Source: Candidatus Lustribacter sp. (lineage in GTDB: Bacteria > Vulcanimicrobiota > Vulcanimicrobiia > Vulcanimicrobiales > Vulcanimicrobiaceae). Taken from it: a stretch of DNA of 64,000 nt. Both the position numbers and the translations under genes were made by a program. The notes beneath the pieces were generated by a model, which searched no databases, had not been told where the DNA came from, and saw only the letters and a program-made list of their open reading frames with translations. Positions 48,148-59,233 of the stretch are shown piece after piece; the first letter of the stretch is position 1, and each line of letters starts with the position of its first letter. The stretch lies in contig OZ255842.1 of the NCBI GenBank assembly GCA_965277805.1, positions 4,096,001 through 4,160,000 on the forward strand, read 5' to 3'.

Positions 48148-48870
48148 CTACATCCGGGGCGGGGCGAACGACGGCAGCGGCCGGGGGGTCGCGAACGTCG
48201 AGGCCCCGAGCGAGACCGGGAACCGGTAGCGGTAGAACGACAGGTGCTCGATCGTCCGGTACTTGCCGACGGTGGCGGTCGCGGTCGCGGAGGTCGCCAC
48301 CCAGTACTTTTGCACGCGCCCGAAGCTGACGCTGCCGCGGCCGGCGTGCACCTTGGTCGAAAAGCGGATGGCGTTGGGCAGCGCGGTCACGCCGTCGATC
48401 GTCACCTGCTCGATCCGCACGTCGGACGGGCTGCGCGGCATCGTCGCAAAGACTTCGTCGACGTGGTGGGCGTCGCGGACGGTCCCGATGTAGCGGAACG
48501 TGTAGGCTTCCGGCCGCGGCGCGAGCGCTTCGATCGCGTACCGGTTGCGGTGGCCGAGAAAGATGTGGATACCCGGCGGGTTGAGCGTCTTGCCGTCGGC
48601 CGTGAGCAGTTCGTCGCGCTCGGAGAGGCCGCTGCGAAACACGCGGTGCGTTTGCTGGATGTCGTGCGCGCCGGTTTGGTCGAGCGAATATTCGAACGAG
48701 AGCACGCGCGGCGTGGGATTGGCGGCCAGCGCCACGGCGTAACGCGTCAGCATCGAAGCGGGCGCTACGGCCGGCGCCGGCGTCGACCGCGCATGCAGCG
48801 GCGGAATGTCCGGCGGTGCCGTCGGCGGACTCGTCGCCGTCAGCGCCGCAGCGAGCAGAACCGCGATCAC
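48148..48870 (-). CDS. Hypothetical exported protein
   Basis: Signal-like N-terminus, Pro-rich linker, GTGA overlap with alaS. Confidence 0.65.
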   Translation of the reverse strand: MIAVLLAAALTATSPPTAPPDIPPLHARSTPAPAVAPASMLTRYAVALAANPTPRVLSFEYSLDQTGAHDIQQTHRVFRSGLSERDELLTADGKTLNPPGIHIFLGHRNRYAIEALAPRPEAYTFRYIGTVRDAHHVDEVFATMPRSPSDVRIEQVTIDGVTALPNAIRFSTKVHAGRGSVSFGRVQKYWVATSATATATVGKYRTIEHLSFYRYRFPVSLGASTFATPRPLPSFAPPRM

Positions 48871-51482
48871 GGCGTTGCGCGCAACGCGTCGACCATCGCG
48901 GCCAGCGCGGCCGCGGCACCGGAAACCATGCGTCCGCCGCCCTGTGCCTGCGCGGGCGCGCCGCCGCCTTTGCCGCCGACGTGCGACGCGGCCGCCTTCA
49001 CCAGGTTGCCGGCATGCACGCCGGCCTTCACCGCATCGTCGCTTGCGCCGGCAAAGATCGACGCGCTTTCACCGTCGGTACCAACCAGCGCGATCACACC
49101 GTGCGGCAGCTTCGCCCGGATCGCATTCGCGAGCGCGCGCAGCGACGCTGCATCGGCTTCGGGCACGATCGCCGCCACGACCGTGTGCGCGCCCACCTTC
49201 TCTGCGCGTTCGACGTAGGCTAGCGCGTCGGCCGCGGCGAGCCGCGCCTTGAGGTCGCCGAAGGCTTTCTGCAGATCGCGCACGTCGTTTTGCAGACGCG
49301 CCACGCGTTCCACGACATCGTCGGGCTTGGTGGCCAGCGTTTCCGCGAGCTGCGCGACCGTGTCGCTGGTGCGCTCGACGATCGCCTCGGCCGCGCGCGA
49401 CACTGCGCCCTCGATGCGCCGCACGCCCGTACCGATCGACGACTCCGAGATCAGCACGAACATACCGAGCTCACCGGTCGAGTGGGCGTGCGTGCCGCCG
49501 CAGAATTCCACCGCCGGCCCGGCCGATACGACGCGCACCACCTCGCCGTACTTCTCGCCCGCCATCGTGATCGCACCGGTGGCCATCGCTTCGCCGATTG
49601 GAAGCTCGCGCGTTTCGAGGTGATGATCTTCGCGGATCATCTCGTTCACACGCTGCACGACGCGCCGCTTCTGTTCGGCGCTGAGCGCGCCGCCGGGACT
49701 GCGGAAGTCGAAGCGCATGCGGTCGATTCCGACCCACGATCCGGCTTGCACCACCTCGTTGCCCAGCACGTCGCGCAGCGCGTGCTGCAGTAAATGCGCC
49801 GAGGTGTGGTGGCGGCGAATCTCCGCGCGCCATTCGGGAAAGACCAGCGTCTGCACCGTATCGCCGACCGCAAACGCGCCGCGCCGAACGACGCCGTGGT
49901 GCACGATCGCGTCGTGCGCGGTTTGCGTATCGGTAACGTCGAAGCCGTTTTCACCGGCCACGATCTCGCCGCGATCGCCGATCTGGCCGCCCTTCTCGGC
50001 GTAGAACGCCGTGCGGTCGAGGATCAGCTGTGCGCTCGCGCCCTGCTCGACTCGCTCGACCGACGCGCCGTCGACGAGGATCGCGACGATCGTGCCCTGC
50101 GCCGAGAGCCCGCTGTAGCCCGCGAACTCGCTGCGCACCGACGGCAGTTCGCTCACCGTGACCGTCGCGCGTTTGGCCGCGGCGTCGGCACGCGCGCGGC
50201 TGCGCTGTTCGTTCATCTTTTCATCGAACCCGGCGGTGTCGACGGCGACGCCGCCTTCGGCCGCGATCTCGCGCGTCAACTCGGCCGGAAAACCGTACGT
50301 GTCGTGCAGGGTGAACACGTCCTCGCCGCTGAGCAGCATCGTGCAGTCGACGATCGCTTCGGAAATCAGCGCATCGAGCATCGCGCTGCCGTGATCGAGC
50401 GTGCGCACGAACGTCTTCTCTTCGTTGCGCAACGCGTTCTGCACGTCGTTCAGGCGGCCGGACAATTCCGGATAGCCCGACTTGAGCGAAGCCACGACCG
50501 CGCCGGCGAGTTCCGCCATGAACTCACGCGGATAGCCGAGCAGCCGGCCTTGGCGGATCGCGCGGCGGATTAGGAAGCGCAGCACGTAGCCGCGATCCGT
50601 GTTCGAGGGATAGACGCCGTCCGCGATCAGGAACGTCACGGCGCGCGCGTGGTCGGCGATGATGTTGCGGCGCGCTAACTGTTCGCTTGGCACGAGCGAG
50701 GTCGTGCCGATGCTGGGCTGCGCGGCGATCAAATCGGTGAAGAGATCGGTCTCGTACATCGACGCTTTGCCGTTGACGAGCGCGAGGATGCGCTCGAAAC
50801 CCATGCCGGTGTCGATCGCCTTGCGCGGCAGATCGCTTAGCACGCCGTCGGCGCCGCGATTATATTGCTGGAACACGACGTTCCAAAACTCGACAAAGCG
50901 GTCGCCTTTGTTCGGGCCGTCGTCATCCGGACCCGACGCGTACGCCGGACCGTTGTCGTAGAAGATCTCGGTGCACGGACCGCACGGACCGGTCGCACCC
51001 ATCGTCCAGAAGTTGTCGTCGTCGTGGCGTGAGATGCGCGAGGACGCGAGGCCGATCTCGCGCTCCCAGATGTTCTGCGCTTCGTCGTCGCTGGTGTGCA
51101 CGGTGACGTAGAGTTTTTCTTTGTCGAGCTTCCAAACGTTGGTGGCGAGGTCCCATGCGAAGCCGATCGCCTCACGCTTGTAGTAGTCGCCGAACGAGAA
51201 GTTGCCGAGCATCTCGAGGAACGTGCCGTGGCGTCCGGTGCGGCCGACGTTCTCGATATCGCTCTTGGCCCCGGCCACGCGCAAGCAGCGCTGGACGGTG
51301 ACCGCGCGGGGCGCCGGCGGCGCCTCCTCACCGAGAAATACGGGGACGAACTGCTCCATGCCGGCGATCGTGAACAGCGTCGTGCTCATCGCATCGGGAA
51401 TGAGCGACGCGGACGCCAGATGCGTATGCCCCTGGCGTACGAAATAGTCGACGAAGCTCGAACGAAGTTCCTGAGACCGCAT
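48867..51482 (-). CDS. alaS: Alanine--tRNA ligase
   Basis: GRHGTFLEMLGNFSFGDY, DTGMGFER, HHTSAH, EFCGGTH, GGKGGG. Confidence 0.97.
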   Translation of the reverse strand: MRSQELRSSFVDYFVRQGHTHLASASLIPDAMSTTLFTIAGMEQFVPVFLGEEAPPAPRAVTVQRCLRVAGAKSDIENVGRTGRHGTFLEMLGNFSFGDYYKREAIGFAWDLATNVWKLDKEKLYVTVHTSDDEAQNIWEREIGLASSRISRHDDDNFWTMGATGPCGPCTEIFYDNGPAYASGPDDDGPNKGDRFVEFWNVVFQQYNRGADGVLSDLPRKAIDTGMGFERILALVNGKASMYETDLFTDLIAAQPSIGTTSLVPSEQLARRNIIADHARAVTFLIADGVYPSNTDRGYVLRFLIRRAIRQGRLLGYPREFMAELAGAVVASLKSGYPELSGRLNDVQNALRNEEKTFVRTLDHGSAMLDALISEAIVDCTMLLSGEDVFTLHDTYGFPAELTREIAAEGGVAVDTAGFDEKMNEQRSRARADAAAKRATVTVSELPSVRSEFAGYSGLSAQGTIVAILVDGASVERVEQGASAQLILDRTAFYAEKGGQIGDRGEIVAGENGFDVTDTQTAHDAIVHHGVVRRGAFAVGDTVQTLVFPEWRAEIRRHHTSAHLLQHALRDVLGNEVVQAGSWVGIDRMRFDFRSPGGALSAEQKRRVVQRVNEMIREDHHLETRELPIGEAMATGAITMAGEKYGEVVRVVSAGPAVEFCGGTHAHSTGELGMFVLISESSIGTGVRRIEGAVSRAAEAIVERTSDTVAQLAETLATKPDDVVERVARLQNDVRDLQKAFGDLKARLAAADALAYVERAEKVGAHTVVAAIVPEADAASLRALANAIRAKLPHGVIALVGTDGESASIFAGASDDAVKAGVHAGNLVKAAASHVGGKGGGAPAQAQGGGRMVSGAAAALAAMVDALRATP

Positions 51483-51514
51483 AATCAGCCGACCGTGTTC
51501 GCCACGCCCGGCCT

Positions 51515-51537
51515 GTCATCCTGAGCTTGTCGAAGGA
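51515..51537. repeat. REP-like short element GTCATCCTGAGCTTGTCGAAGGA
   Basis: Resembles a widespread intergenic repeat core recalled from other bacteria; only one copy seen here. Confidence 0.45.
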
Positions 51538-52359
51538 TCAGCTCTCTTTGAGGAAGTTCCGGAGCTTTTCGAGGGCTTTCTGCTGGAGACGCGAGACGTG
51601 CATCTGGGAGACGTTTAGGCGCTTGGCGATCTCGGTCTGCGACACGCTTTCGTAGAAGCGCAAGTAGAGGATCACGCGTTCGCGGCCGCTGAGGACTTCG
51701 AAGGCGCGCTCGAGGTTCGCACGGTCCTCCAAGAGCTCGAGCCCGCTATCGGTCTGACCCACATAATCGGCGAGCGTCTGCGACTTCTTGTCGCCGTCAC
51801 CGTTGAGTTCGGTGTCGAGCGAGAGCAAGTTGTATGCCTGTCCGAGTTCTTGCGCTTCGAGTACGTCTTCTTCCGATGCCCCGAGATGCTGGGCCAGCTC
51901 CGCGACCGTCGGCGAGTGGCCGAGCTTGACGTTGAGCTTCTCGATCGCGCGGTTGACCGCGAGGTTGAGTTCTTGCAGCCGGCGCGGCACCTTGACCGCC
52001 CAGCCCTTATCGCGGAAATAGCGCTTGATCTCGCCGACGATCGTCGGCGTCGCGTAGGTGGTGAATTCCACGCCGCGCTCGAGGTCGAAGCGGTCGATCG
52101 CTTTGAGCAGTCCGACCGTACCGACCTGGATCAAATCGTCGAGCGCTTCGCCGCGATTGGCAAATTTGACGGCCAGGTAGCGCGCTAGGTTGAGATGCGC
52201 GACCACGAGTTCGTTGCGCAAGCGCTCGAATTCAGTTTGTCCGGTGTGGTCGCGGCCGGAATCCTTTTCCGGATGCGACCGCAAGGTTGCAAACCGTGCG
52301 AAGGCTTCGCGCGCTCGCTGGCGATCCCAGCGCTCCGCGTCGATCGGGGCGGAACTCAT
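51538..52359 (-). CDS. sigB: SigB/SigF/SigG family RNA polymerase sigma factor
   Basis: DDLIQVGTVGLLKAIDRFD, TYATPTIVGEIKRYFRD, SQMHVSRL. Confidence 0.9.
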   Translation of the reverse strand: MSSAPIDAERWDRQRAREAFARFATLRSHPEKDSGRDHTGQTEFERLRNELVVAHLNLARYLAVKFANRGEALDDLIQVGTVGLLKAIDRFDLERGVEFTTYATPTIVGEIKRYFRDKGWAVKVPRRLQELNLAVNRAIEKLNVKLGHSPTVAELAQHLGASEEDVLEAQELGQAYNLLSLDTELNGDGDKKSQTLADYVGQTDSGLELLEDRANLERAFEVLSGRERVILYLRFYESVSQTEIAKRLNVSQMHVSRLQQKALEKLRNFLKES

Positions 52360-52360
52360 G

Positions 52361-52792
52361 CTACCCCGAAACGCGCTTGGTCATGACGAGTTGCGTTCCG
52401 TCGCGAACGTCGCTCGTATATTCCACGCTGTCCATGAGTGCACGAATCAGGAATACGCCCAATTCTTCGGTCCGGCCGCCTTCGCCGATGCGTTCTTCCT
52501 CAACGGCGCCCAGCGGCGGCCCTTGTCCGCGATCGCGCACCGTCAGCACGATGCTGTCGTCGGTCACCTCGCAGACGATGACGATCGAGCCGTCGGCCAT
52601 GCCGTGCTGAATCGCGTTCGTGCACGCTTCCGCCACGGCTAATTTGATGTCTTCGATATCGTCGACCGAGAAACGCTGGCGGCTGGCCACCGCAGCCACC
52701 GCTAATCGCGCGACCGCAACCCACTCGGCAACCGCTGGGATTTCCAGCCGCACGACGCCGTGCGACTTGGACGCGGCCGGAGCCGGATTCAT
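52361..52792 (-). CDS. rsbW: Anti-sigma factor Ser kinase
   Basis: DIKLAVAEACTNAIQH, DRGQG, LGVFLIRALMD. Confidence 0.9.
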   Translation of the reverse strand: MNPAPAASKSHGVVRLEIPAVAEWVAVARLAVAAVASRQRFSVDDIEDIKLAVAEACTNAIQHGMADGSIVIVCEVTDDSIVLTVRDRGQGPPLGAVEEERIGEGGRTEELGVFLIRALMDSVEYTSDVRDGTQLVMTKRVSG

Positions 52793-53133
52793 GCCAGGGC
52801 CTTCATCGCGCTCTGCTCGTCATCGAAGATGCCGAAGATCTTCACGAGACCCGTGATGTCGAAGATCTTCTTGATCTGCGGATTCGTGCAGACGAGGTTC
52901 ACCGAACCTCCGTGCTCGCGCACGCGTTTGAGACCACCGATGAGGACGCCCAATCCGGTCGAATCGATGTAGCGCACTTTCTCGAGGTTGATCACGAGAT
53001 TGTAGTGCTCTTTGTCGATCAGCTCGGTAATCGCGTCCTTGACTTTCGGTGAGGTGTAGACGTCGATCTCACCGGTTAGGTCGACGACGTACGCGTCGCC
53101 TTCAGACTCGCGTACGTTGACTTTGATATCCAC
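52789..53133 (-). CDS. rsbV: Anti-sigma factor antagonist (STAS domain)
   Basis: GEIDVYTSP, YIDSTGLGVL, IFDITGL. Confidence 0.92.
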   Translation of the reverse strand: MDIKVNVRESEGDAYVVDLTGEIDVYTSPKVKDAITELIDKEHYNLVINLEKVRYIDSTGLGVLIGGLKRVREHGGSVNLVCTNPQIKKIFDITGLVKIFGIFDDEQSAMKALA

Positions 53134-53141
53134 CGTTTCTC

Positions 53142-53465
53142 CTACGTTCGGCTCTGAAGTTCGTTGCGTTGTTGTTCCGCAGCGTCTATACCCTCGGCGA
53201 CGGCCCCGTCAACGCGCGCCCGCGCGCGTTCCACAATGGCGCGACCGCGCTCGAGTAATTCGTTGGTTTGACCGCCGAGCGTCTCACCGACGTCGCCGGC
53301 GGTTTCGCGCGCCCGATCGGCGGCTTCACGCGCTTTCGCGCGCAGGGTATCGCGGGTCGCATCGCCCGATTGCGGCGCCGCGATCATGGCGAGCGTTGCC
53401 CCGGCGAGTAATCCCAGCAGCAATCCGGTTGTAAAGCCGCCGCCGCCCGAATCCTCATCGGACAT
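53142..53465 (-). CDS. YtxH domain protein
   Basis: GLLLGLLAGA, APQSGDATR. Confidence 0.82.
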   Translation of the reverse strand: MSDEDSGGGGFTTGLLLGLLAGATLAMIAAPQSGDATRDTLRAKAREAADRARETAGDVGETLGGQTNELLERGRAIVERARARVDGAVAEGIDAAEQQRNELQSRT

Positions 53466-53887
53466 TAGTTGTTCCCCGGATCGGCGTCGGAACGGCGTCC
53501 GACCACGAGACGGCGCACGCCGGCAGTGATGCCGGTGAGCGTGGCGCCCACATTGACGATGGCCGGCGCGACCGCGCGATTGGCGAGGTCGGACGTTTTG
53601 ACGACGTTTGATGCAACAGATTCGAGCGAACCGACCACGCCGCTGAGGCGGGCGACGGTTGCATCGGCCGTATCGGCGATGCCGCCGACGTGCGAAAGCG
53701 TCTCCGCGACCGGCGCTGAGAGCGCGGCGATTTGACGATCGACTTCATCCAGCGTGCCGTTGAGACGGCGCAGCGTGCCGGCGATGCCCGAGCAAAGAAC
53801 CAGTACCCCGATCCCGATCAGGAGGACGCCTAAACCAGCACCGGCACTGAACACCAGATGCGGCCAATCGAAATCTGAGGTTACCAC
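53465..53887 (-). CDS. DUF948 (YtxG/YoxC-like) membrane protein
   Basis: N-terminal TM followed by a coiled coil; directly upstream of the ytxH-like gene. Confidence 0.7.
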   Translation of the reverse strand: MVTSDFDWPHLVFSAGAGLGVLLIGIGVLVLCSGIAGTLRRLNGTLDEVDRQIAALSAPVAETLSHVGGIADTADATVARLSGVVGSLESVASNVVKTSDLANRAVAPAIVNVGATLTGITAGVRRLVVGRRSDADPGNN

Positions 53888-53924
53888 CAGTCCTCCGAAT
53901 GCTCGCTAGAGCCACGCAGCGCAA

Positions 53925-53948
53925 GTACCCAGGTCGGCCGGTTCCTAC
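53925..53948 (-). promoter_or_regulatory. Possible SigB-type promoter for DUF948-ytxH-rsbV-rsbW-sigB
   Basis: GTAG-N14-GGGTAC on the minus strand. Confidence 0.45.
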
Positions 53949-55093
53949 ACGTCAGCGGTCTGCATCCGCTCGACTACCCGGCCAACGACCGCCGCGGCGT
54001 CATCCACGTCCGCCTCGGTAGTCGATCGTCCAAGAGAAAACCGCAACACGCCCGTGGCATACTCGGGTGGGACACCCAAGGCGGCGACGACGTGGCTCGG
54101 CTCCAAGGACCCGGCAGCACACGCGCTTCCCGCCGACGCTGAAACGCCCTCCAGGTCGAGCGCCATCAGCAGCGCGTCGGAGGGCAGGCTGGGGAACCCG
54201 ATGCTCAGGATGTGGGGCGCCCGCGGCGCGGCCGACCCGAGTTCGATCGTGCCGGGCACCCCCGCCGCGATCGCCGCGCCCAGCCGGTCGCGAAGGGCCG
54301 TGACGCGCACGAGGGTCGCGGCCCGCTCCGCCGCTGCCAACTCGAGCGCGCGCGCGAGGCCCGCGATCCCGGCCAGGTTCTCGGTCCCCGATCGCAGGCC
54401 GTGTTCTTGGCCGCCGCCCACGATCTGCGCTTCCAGCGGCGTGCCCCGGCGTACGTAGAGGACGCCGACCCCCTTCGGGCCGTTGAACTTATGTGCCGAG
54501 AGCGAGAGCAGATCGACGCCGAGGGAGCCGGGGTCGAGGTCGAGGTAGCCGGCCGTCGCCACGGCGTCCGTATGAAGGAGGGCGCCCGCCGCCCGTGTGA
54601 ACGCGGCGATCTCCGCCAGCGGCTGGAGCGTTCCGATCTCGTTGTTCGCGAGCATGATCGACACGAGCGTCGTATCCGGGCGCAGCGCGGCCGCCACGGC
54701 TGCGGGCTCCACTACGCCGTCGGCGTTGACCGGCAGCCGCGTGACGCTCCACCCGTCCGCCTCCAGCACGTCGAACGCGTGCAGCACGGCGTGATGCTCG
54801 ATCACGGTCGTGATGACGTGCTTGCCGGCGGCCGCGCGCGCTTTGGCGGCACCGACGATCGCGAGCACGTCCGCTTCGGAACCGCCGCCGGTGAACACGA
54901 TCTCGCGCGGTGCCGCGTGCAGCACGCGCGCGACGGCGGCGCGGGCCTCATCGAGCGCCGCGCGCGCTTCGCGGCCCTGCGCGTGCGCCGAACTCGGATT
55001 GTAGCCGCCGGACAGCAGCGGCACCATCACGTCGATTACTTCGGGCCGCGCGGTCGTCGTCGCGGCGTTGTCGAGATAGATGTTGGCGTTCAT
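53945..55093 (-). CDS. iscS: Cysteine desulfurase (IscS/NifS, group I)
   Basis: YLDNAATT, SAHKFNGPKG, RSGTEN, SAGSAC. Confidence 0.92.
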   Translation of the reverse strand: MNANIYLDNAATTTARPEVIDVMVPLLSGGYNPSSAHAQGREARAALDEARAAVARVLHAAPREIVFTGGGSEADVLAIVGAAKARAAAGKHVITTVIEHHAVLHAFDVLEADGWSVTRLPVNADGVVEPAAVAAALRPDTTLVSIMLANNEIGTLQPLAEIAAFTRAAGALLHTDAVATAGYLDLDPGSLGVDLLSLSAHKFNGPKGVGVLYVRRGTPLEAQIVGGGQEHGLRSGTENLAGIAGLARALELAAAERAATLVRVTALRDRLGAAIAAGVPGTIELGSAAPRAPHILSIGFPSLPSDALLMALDLEGVSASAGSACAAGSLEPSHVVAALGVPPEYATGVLRFSLGRSTTEADVDDAAAVVGRVVERMQTADV

Positions 55094-56460
55094 TCGGGAA
55101 ACGGATCCTCGTCGCTCGAACCGCGGCGCGCGTCGATCCAGGCGCGCATTTTGGCTTCTTCGCCTTGTTTGCCGGGCTGGAAGTACGCGCGGCCCTGAAG
55201 CGCTTCGGGCAAGTTCTGCTGCAGCACGACCGCCGGTGGCGCGTCGCCTTCGGCCTCCATCGCTGCGTAGTCGTCGTGCGCGTAGCGGTAGCCGCTGCCG
55301 TACCCGAGATGCTTCATCAATTTCGTGGGCGCGTTGCGCAGGTGCAGCGGCACCGGATCGTTGCGCGTCGACTCCACGTCGGCCATCGCCGCACCGTACG
55401 CGCGCCCGATCGAGTTGCTCTTCGGCGCGGTCGCCAGATAGAGCACGGCGTGGGCCAGCGGATAGTGGCCTTCGGGCATGCCGATGAAGTGCACGGCCTG
55501 CTGTGCCGCAACCGCGACTTGCAGCGCGCGCGAATCGGCGAGCCCGATGTCTTCGCTTGCGAGAATCACGAGCCGGCGCGCGATGAAGAGCGGATCCTCA
55601 CCGCTTTCGATCATGCGCGCGAGGTAGTAGATCGCGGCATCGGGATCGCTGCCGCGGATCGTTTTGATGAACGCGCTGATCGTATCGTAGTGGCCGTCGC
55701 CGTCTTTGTCGTAGTTGCGCGCGCGCTGCTGCATCGCATCGGCGATCGTCTTGCGATCGATCACCGCCGTTCCGTCGGCGTTCTTGGGTGCGGCGGCCGC
55801 GGCGAATTCCAGCGTGCTCAGCGCCGCGCGCGCATCGCCGTTCGCCAGATTGACCAAATGCTCGAGGGCATCCGGCTCGATCGTCACGTGGTCATTGCCC
55901 AGGCCCCGTTCTTTGTCACTGAGCGCGCGCTCGACGATCGTCCGGATATTATCGTCGGTGAGCGACTGCAGAACGAACACGCGCGAACGCGAGAGCAGCG
56001 CCGAATTGACTTCGAACGACGGGTTCTCGGTCGTGGCGCCGATCAGCGTGACGGTGCCGTCTTCGACGTACGGCAAGACCGCATCTTGCTGGGCTTTGTT
56101 GAAGCGGTGGATCTCATCGATGAAGAGCACGCTGCGCTTGCCCGCGCGCTTGAGCTTCGCCGCATCGGCCATCACGCGCCGCAGGTCGGCGACGCCGGCG
56201 CTCACCGCGGAGAGCGATTGAAAGTTCGCACCGCTCGATGCCGCGATCACGCGCGCGAGCGTCGTCTTGCCGGTGCCCGGCGGGCCCCAGAGGATCATCG
56301 ACGGCAAACGGTCGGATTCGATCGCGCGGCGCAGCGCGCGGCCCGGCCCGACGATCTGCTCTTGGCCGACGAACTCGTCGAGCGACCGCGGCCGCATGCG
56401 CGCTGCCAGCGGTCCGCGCACGGTGCCGTCGCCGTCCGAGGACTCGAAGAGCCCGAGCAC
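55090..56460 (-). CDS. rarA: Replication-associated recombination protein A (RarA/MgsA)
   Basis: PLAARMRP, WGPPGTGKTT, DEIHRFNKAQQD, ASEDIG. Confidence 0.95.
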   Translation of the reverse strand: MLGLFESSDGDGTVRGPLAARMRPRSLDEFVGQEQIVGPGRALRRAIESDRLPSMILWGPPGTGKTTLARVIAASSGANFQSLSAVSAGVADLRRVMADAAKLKRAGKRSVLFIDEIHRFNKAQQDAVLPYVEDGTVTLIGATTENPSFEVNSALLSRSRVFVLQSLTDDNIRTIVERALSDKERGLGNDHVTIEPDALEHLVNLANGDARAALSTLEFAAAAAPKNADGTAVIDRKTIADAMQQRARNYDKDGDGHYDTISAFIKTIRGSDPDAAIYYLARMIESGEDPLFIARRLVILASEDIGLADSRALQVAVAAQQAVHFIGMPEGHYPLAHAVLYLATAPKSNSIGRAYGAAMADVESTRNDPVPLHLRNAPTKLMKHLGYGSGYRYAHDDYAAMEAEGDAPPAVVLQQNLPEALQGRAYFQPGKQGEEAKMRAWIDARRGSSDEDPFPE

Positions 56461-56465
56461 GTCCG

Positions 56466-57122
56466 TTATTTCCGGGGCTTCTTCGTCGGTTTCGGCGAGG
56501 GCGGCGGCCCGGGTGAACCCTGCGGGATCGGCTGGCGGATGATCATCGGCGCACCGTTCGCGACCACGTCGCGCGTTTGCAAGTTGTAGTCGACCACGCC
56601 GGCCTTCATGCTGCTATCGCCCTCGGCCAGCACGACGTTGCCTTCGAGGTGCAGCGTGTGTTTGGTCTGGTTGAGCACGCCGCGGTCGGCGGTGCCGATA
56701 CGATTGCCTTGTACGAACCGGAAGTTCCCGTGCGCGTCATACGACTTGTTTTTCGAATCGATCGTCAGTTCATCGCACGTGATCGTCGACGGACCCTGAT
56801 AGTCGCCCCCGGCCTCCTTGGCTTCGGGCGCGCCGCCGCTATCGTGGACGACGACGCCGCCGATCAACGTCGCGGTGCCGAGCTTCGTATTGCCCTTGGC
56901 GTGATCACCGCGCGCATCCGTGCCGGGACGCGTGACCTTCACTTCGTGCGGCATCGTGAAGTCGCCGGAGGTCATGTTCCAGTTGGTCTGATCGGTTTCG
57001 ATCTGGTAGCCGTTCATCTCCATCCCCGACGACGCCGGAGCGGAAGACGGCGCCGGTGAAGCGGCCAGCAGAACGAACGCCGTGACGGCTGTCGCCAGCG
57101 ACCGCAGCGTTCGCGTGTTCAT
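56466..57122 (-). CDS. LptA/OstA-like exported beta-jellyroll protein
   Basis: Signal peptide; repeated AHGN/LEGNV beta strands. Confidence 0.65.
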   Translation of the reverse strand: MNTRTLRSLATAVTAFVLLAASPAPSSAPASSGMEMNGYQIETDQTNWNMTSGDFTMPHEVKVTRPGTDARGDHAKGNTKLGTATLIGGVVVHDSGGAPEAKEAGGDYQGPSTITCDELTIDSKNKSYDAHGNFRFVQGNRIGTADRGVLNQTKHTLHLEGNVVLAEGDSSMKAGVVDYNLQTRDVVANGAPMIIRQPIPQGSPGPPPSPKPTKKPRK

Positions 57123-57125
57123 CTC

Positions 57126-58208
<1,083 letters not shown>

Positions 58209-58267
58209 TTACCGGTGAAGGCCGGTCCTCCTGGGTCAATCGTGCGGCAGCCCGAAAGCATTACACC

Positions 58268-59233
58268 ATGCTTTCCCTCTCTCACACGCTCCGGGTGACG
58301 CGCCTCACGGCAGCTCTGCTCGGCGTCGCTGCCGTTGTCGGCGTCGCGCTGCCCGGCAGCGCCCAAGCGGTCGCGACGCTCAAAATCGCGACCACGCCGA
58401 CCGACATCGGCTCGCAAGTCTTTTACGCTCAGGATAAGGGCTTCTTCAAGAACAACGGCCTCGACGCGCAGATCCAGGTGATTTCGAACGGCGCGGCCAT
58501 CACCGCGGCGGTGATGTCGGGTGCGCTCGACATCGCGCAATCGAATATCGCCTCGCTCGCCGCGGCGCACGATGCCGGTCTCGATATCGTGATCGTGGCG
58601 CCGGCCGGTTCGTACTCGAGTAAGGAACCGACGACCGCGCTGATCGTGAGCAAGAACTCGCCGATCAAAACGGCCAAAGACCTCAACGGCAAGATCATCG
58701 CCGGCAACGGCCTCAAGAACATCACCCAAGTCGGGGCGTTCGCGTGGATGGACAAGAACGGCGGCGACCCGTCGACCACGAAGTTCGTCGAGATGCCGTT
58801 CCCCGATATGCCGGGCGCGCTCGCGCAAGGCCGCATCGACGCGGCGGTGATCGCGGAACCGGAGCTCAGCACCGCGCTCGCCAAAGGCGAGGTTCGCGTG
58901 CTCGCCAACTGCTATGACGGCATTGCGAAAGACTTCATGATCGGCGCCTGGTTTACGACCGGCACGTGGGCGAAAGCACATCCGGATCTGGTGAAACGCT
59001 TCTCCAAAGCGATGTCGCAAACGGCCGAGTGGGCCAACAAAAATCAAGCCGCATCGGGCGTGATGCTCACCAAGTACACCAAGATCGAAGTGGCACCGGG
59101 CATGAAGCGCACGGTCTACGCCGACAAACTCGAACCGGCGCTCGTGCAGCCGCTCATCGACGCAGCGGCCAAATACGGCATCACGAAAGCGACGTTCCCC
59201 GCCGCCACGATCATCGACCCGAACGCGCGCTAA
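58268..59233 (+). CDS. ABC substrate-binding protein (SsuA/NMT1 type)
   Basis: Signal peptide, GFFKNNGLD, DLNGK, GRIDAA, EP. Confidence 0.85.
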   Translation: MLSLSHTLRVTRLTAALLGVAAVVGVALPGSAQAVATLKIATTPTDIGSQVFYAQDKGFFKNNGLDAQIQVISNGAAITAAVMSGALDIAQSNIASLAAAHDAGLDIVIVAPAGSYSSKEPTTALIVSKNSPIKTAKDLNGKIIAGNGLKNITQVGAFAWMDKNGGDPSTTKFVEMPFPDMPGALAQGRIDAAVIAEPELSTALAKGEVRVLANCYDGIAKDFMIGAWFTTGTWAKAHPDLVKRFSKAMSQTAEWANKNQAASGVMLTKYTKIEVAPGMKRTVYADKLEPALVQPLIDAAAKYGITKATFPAATIIDPNAR

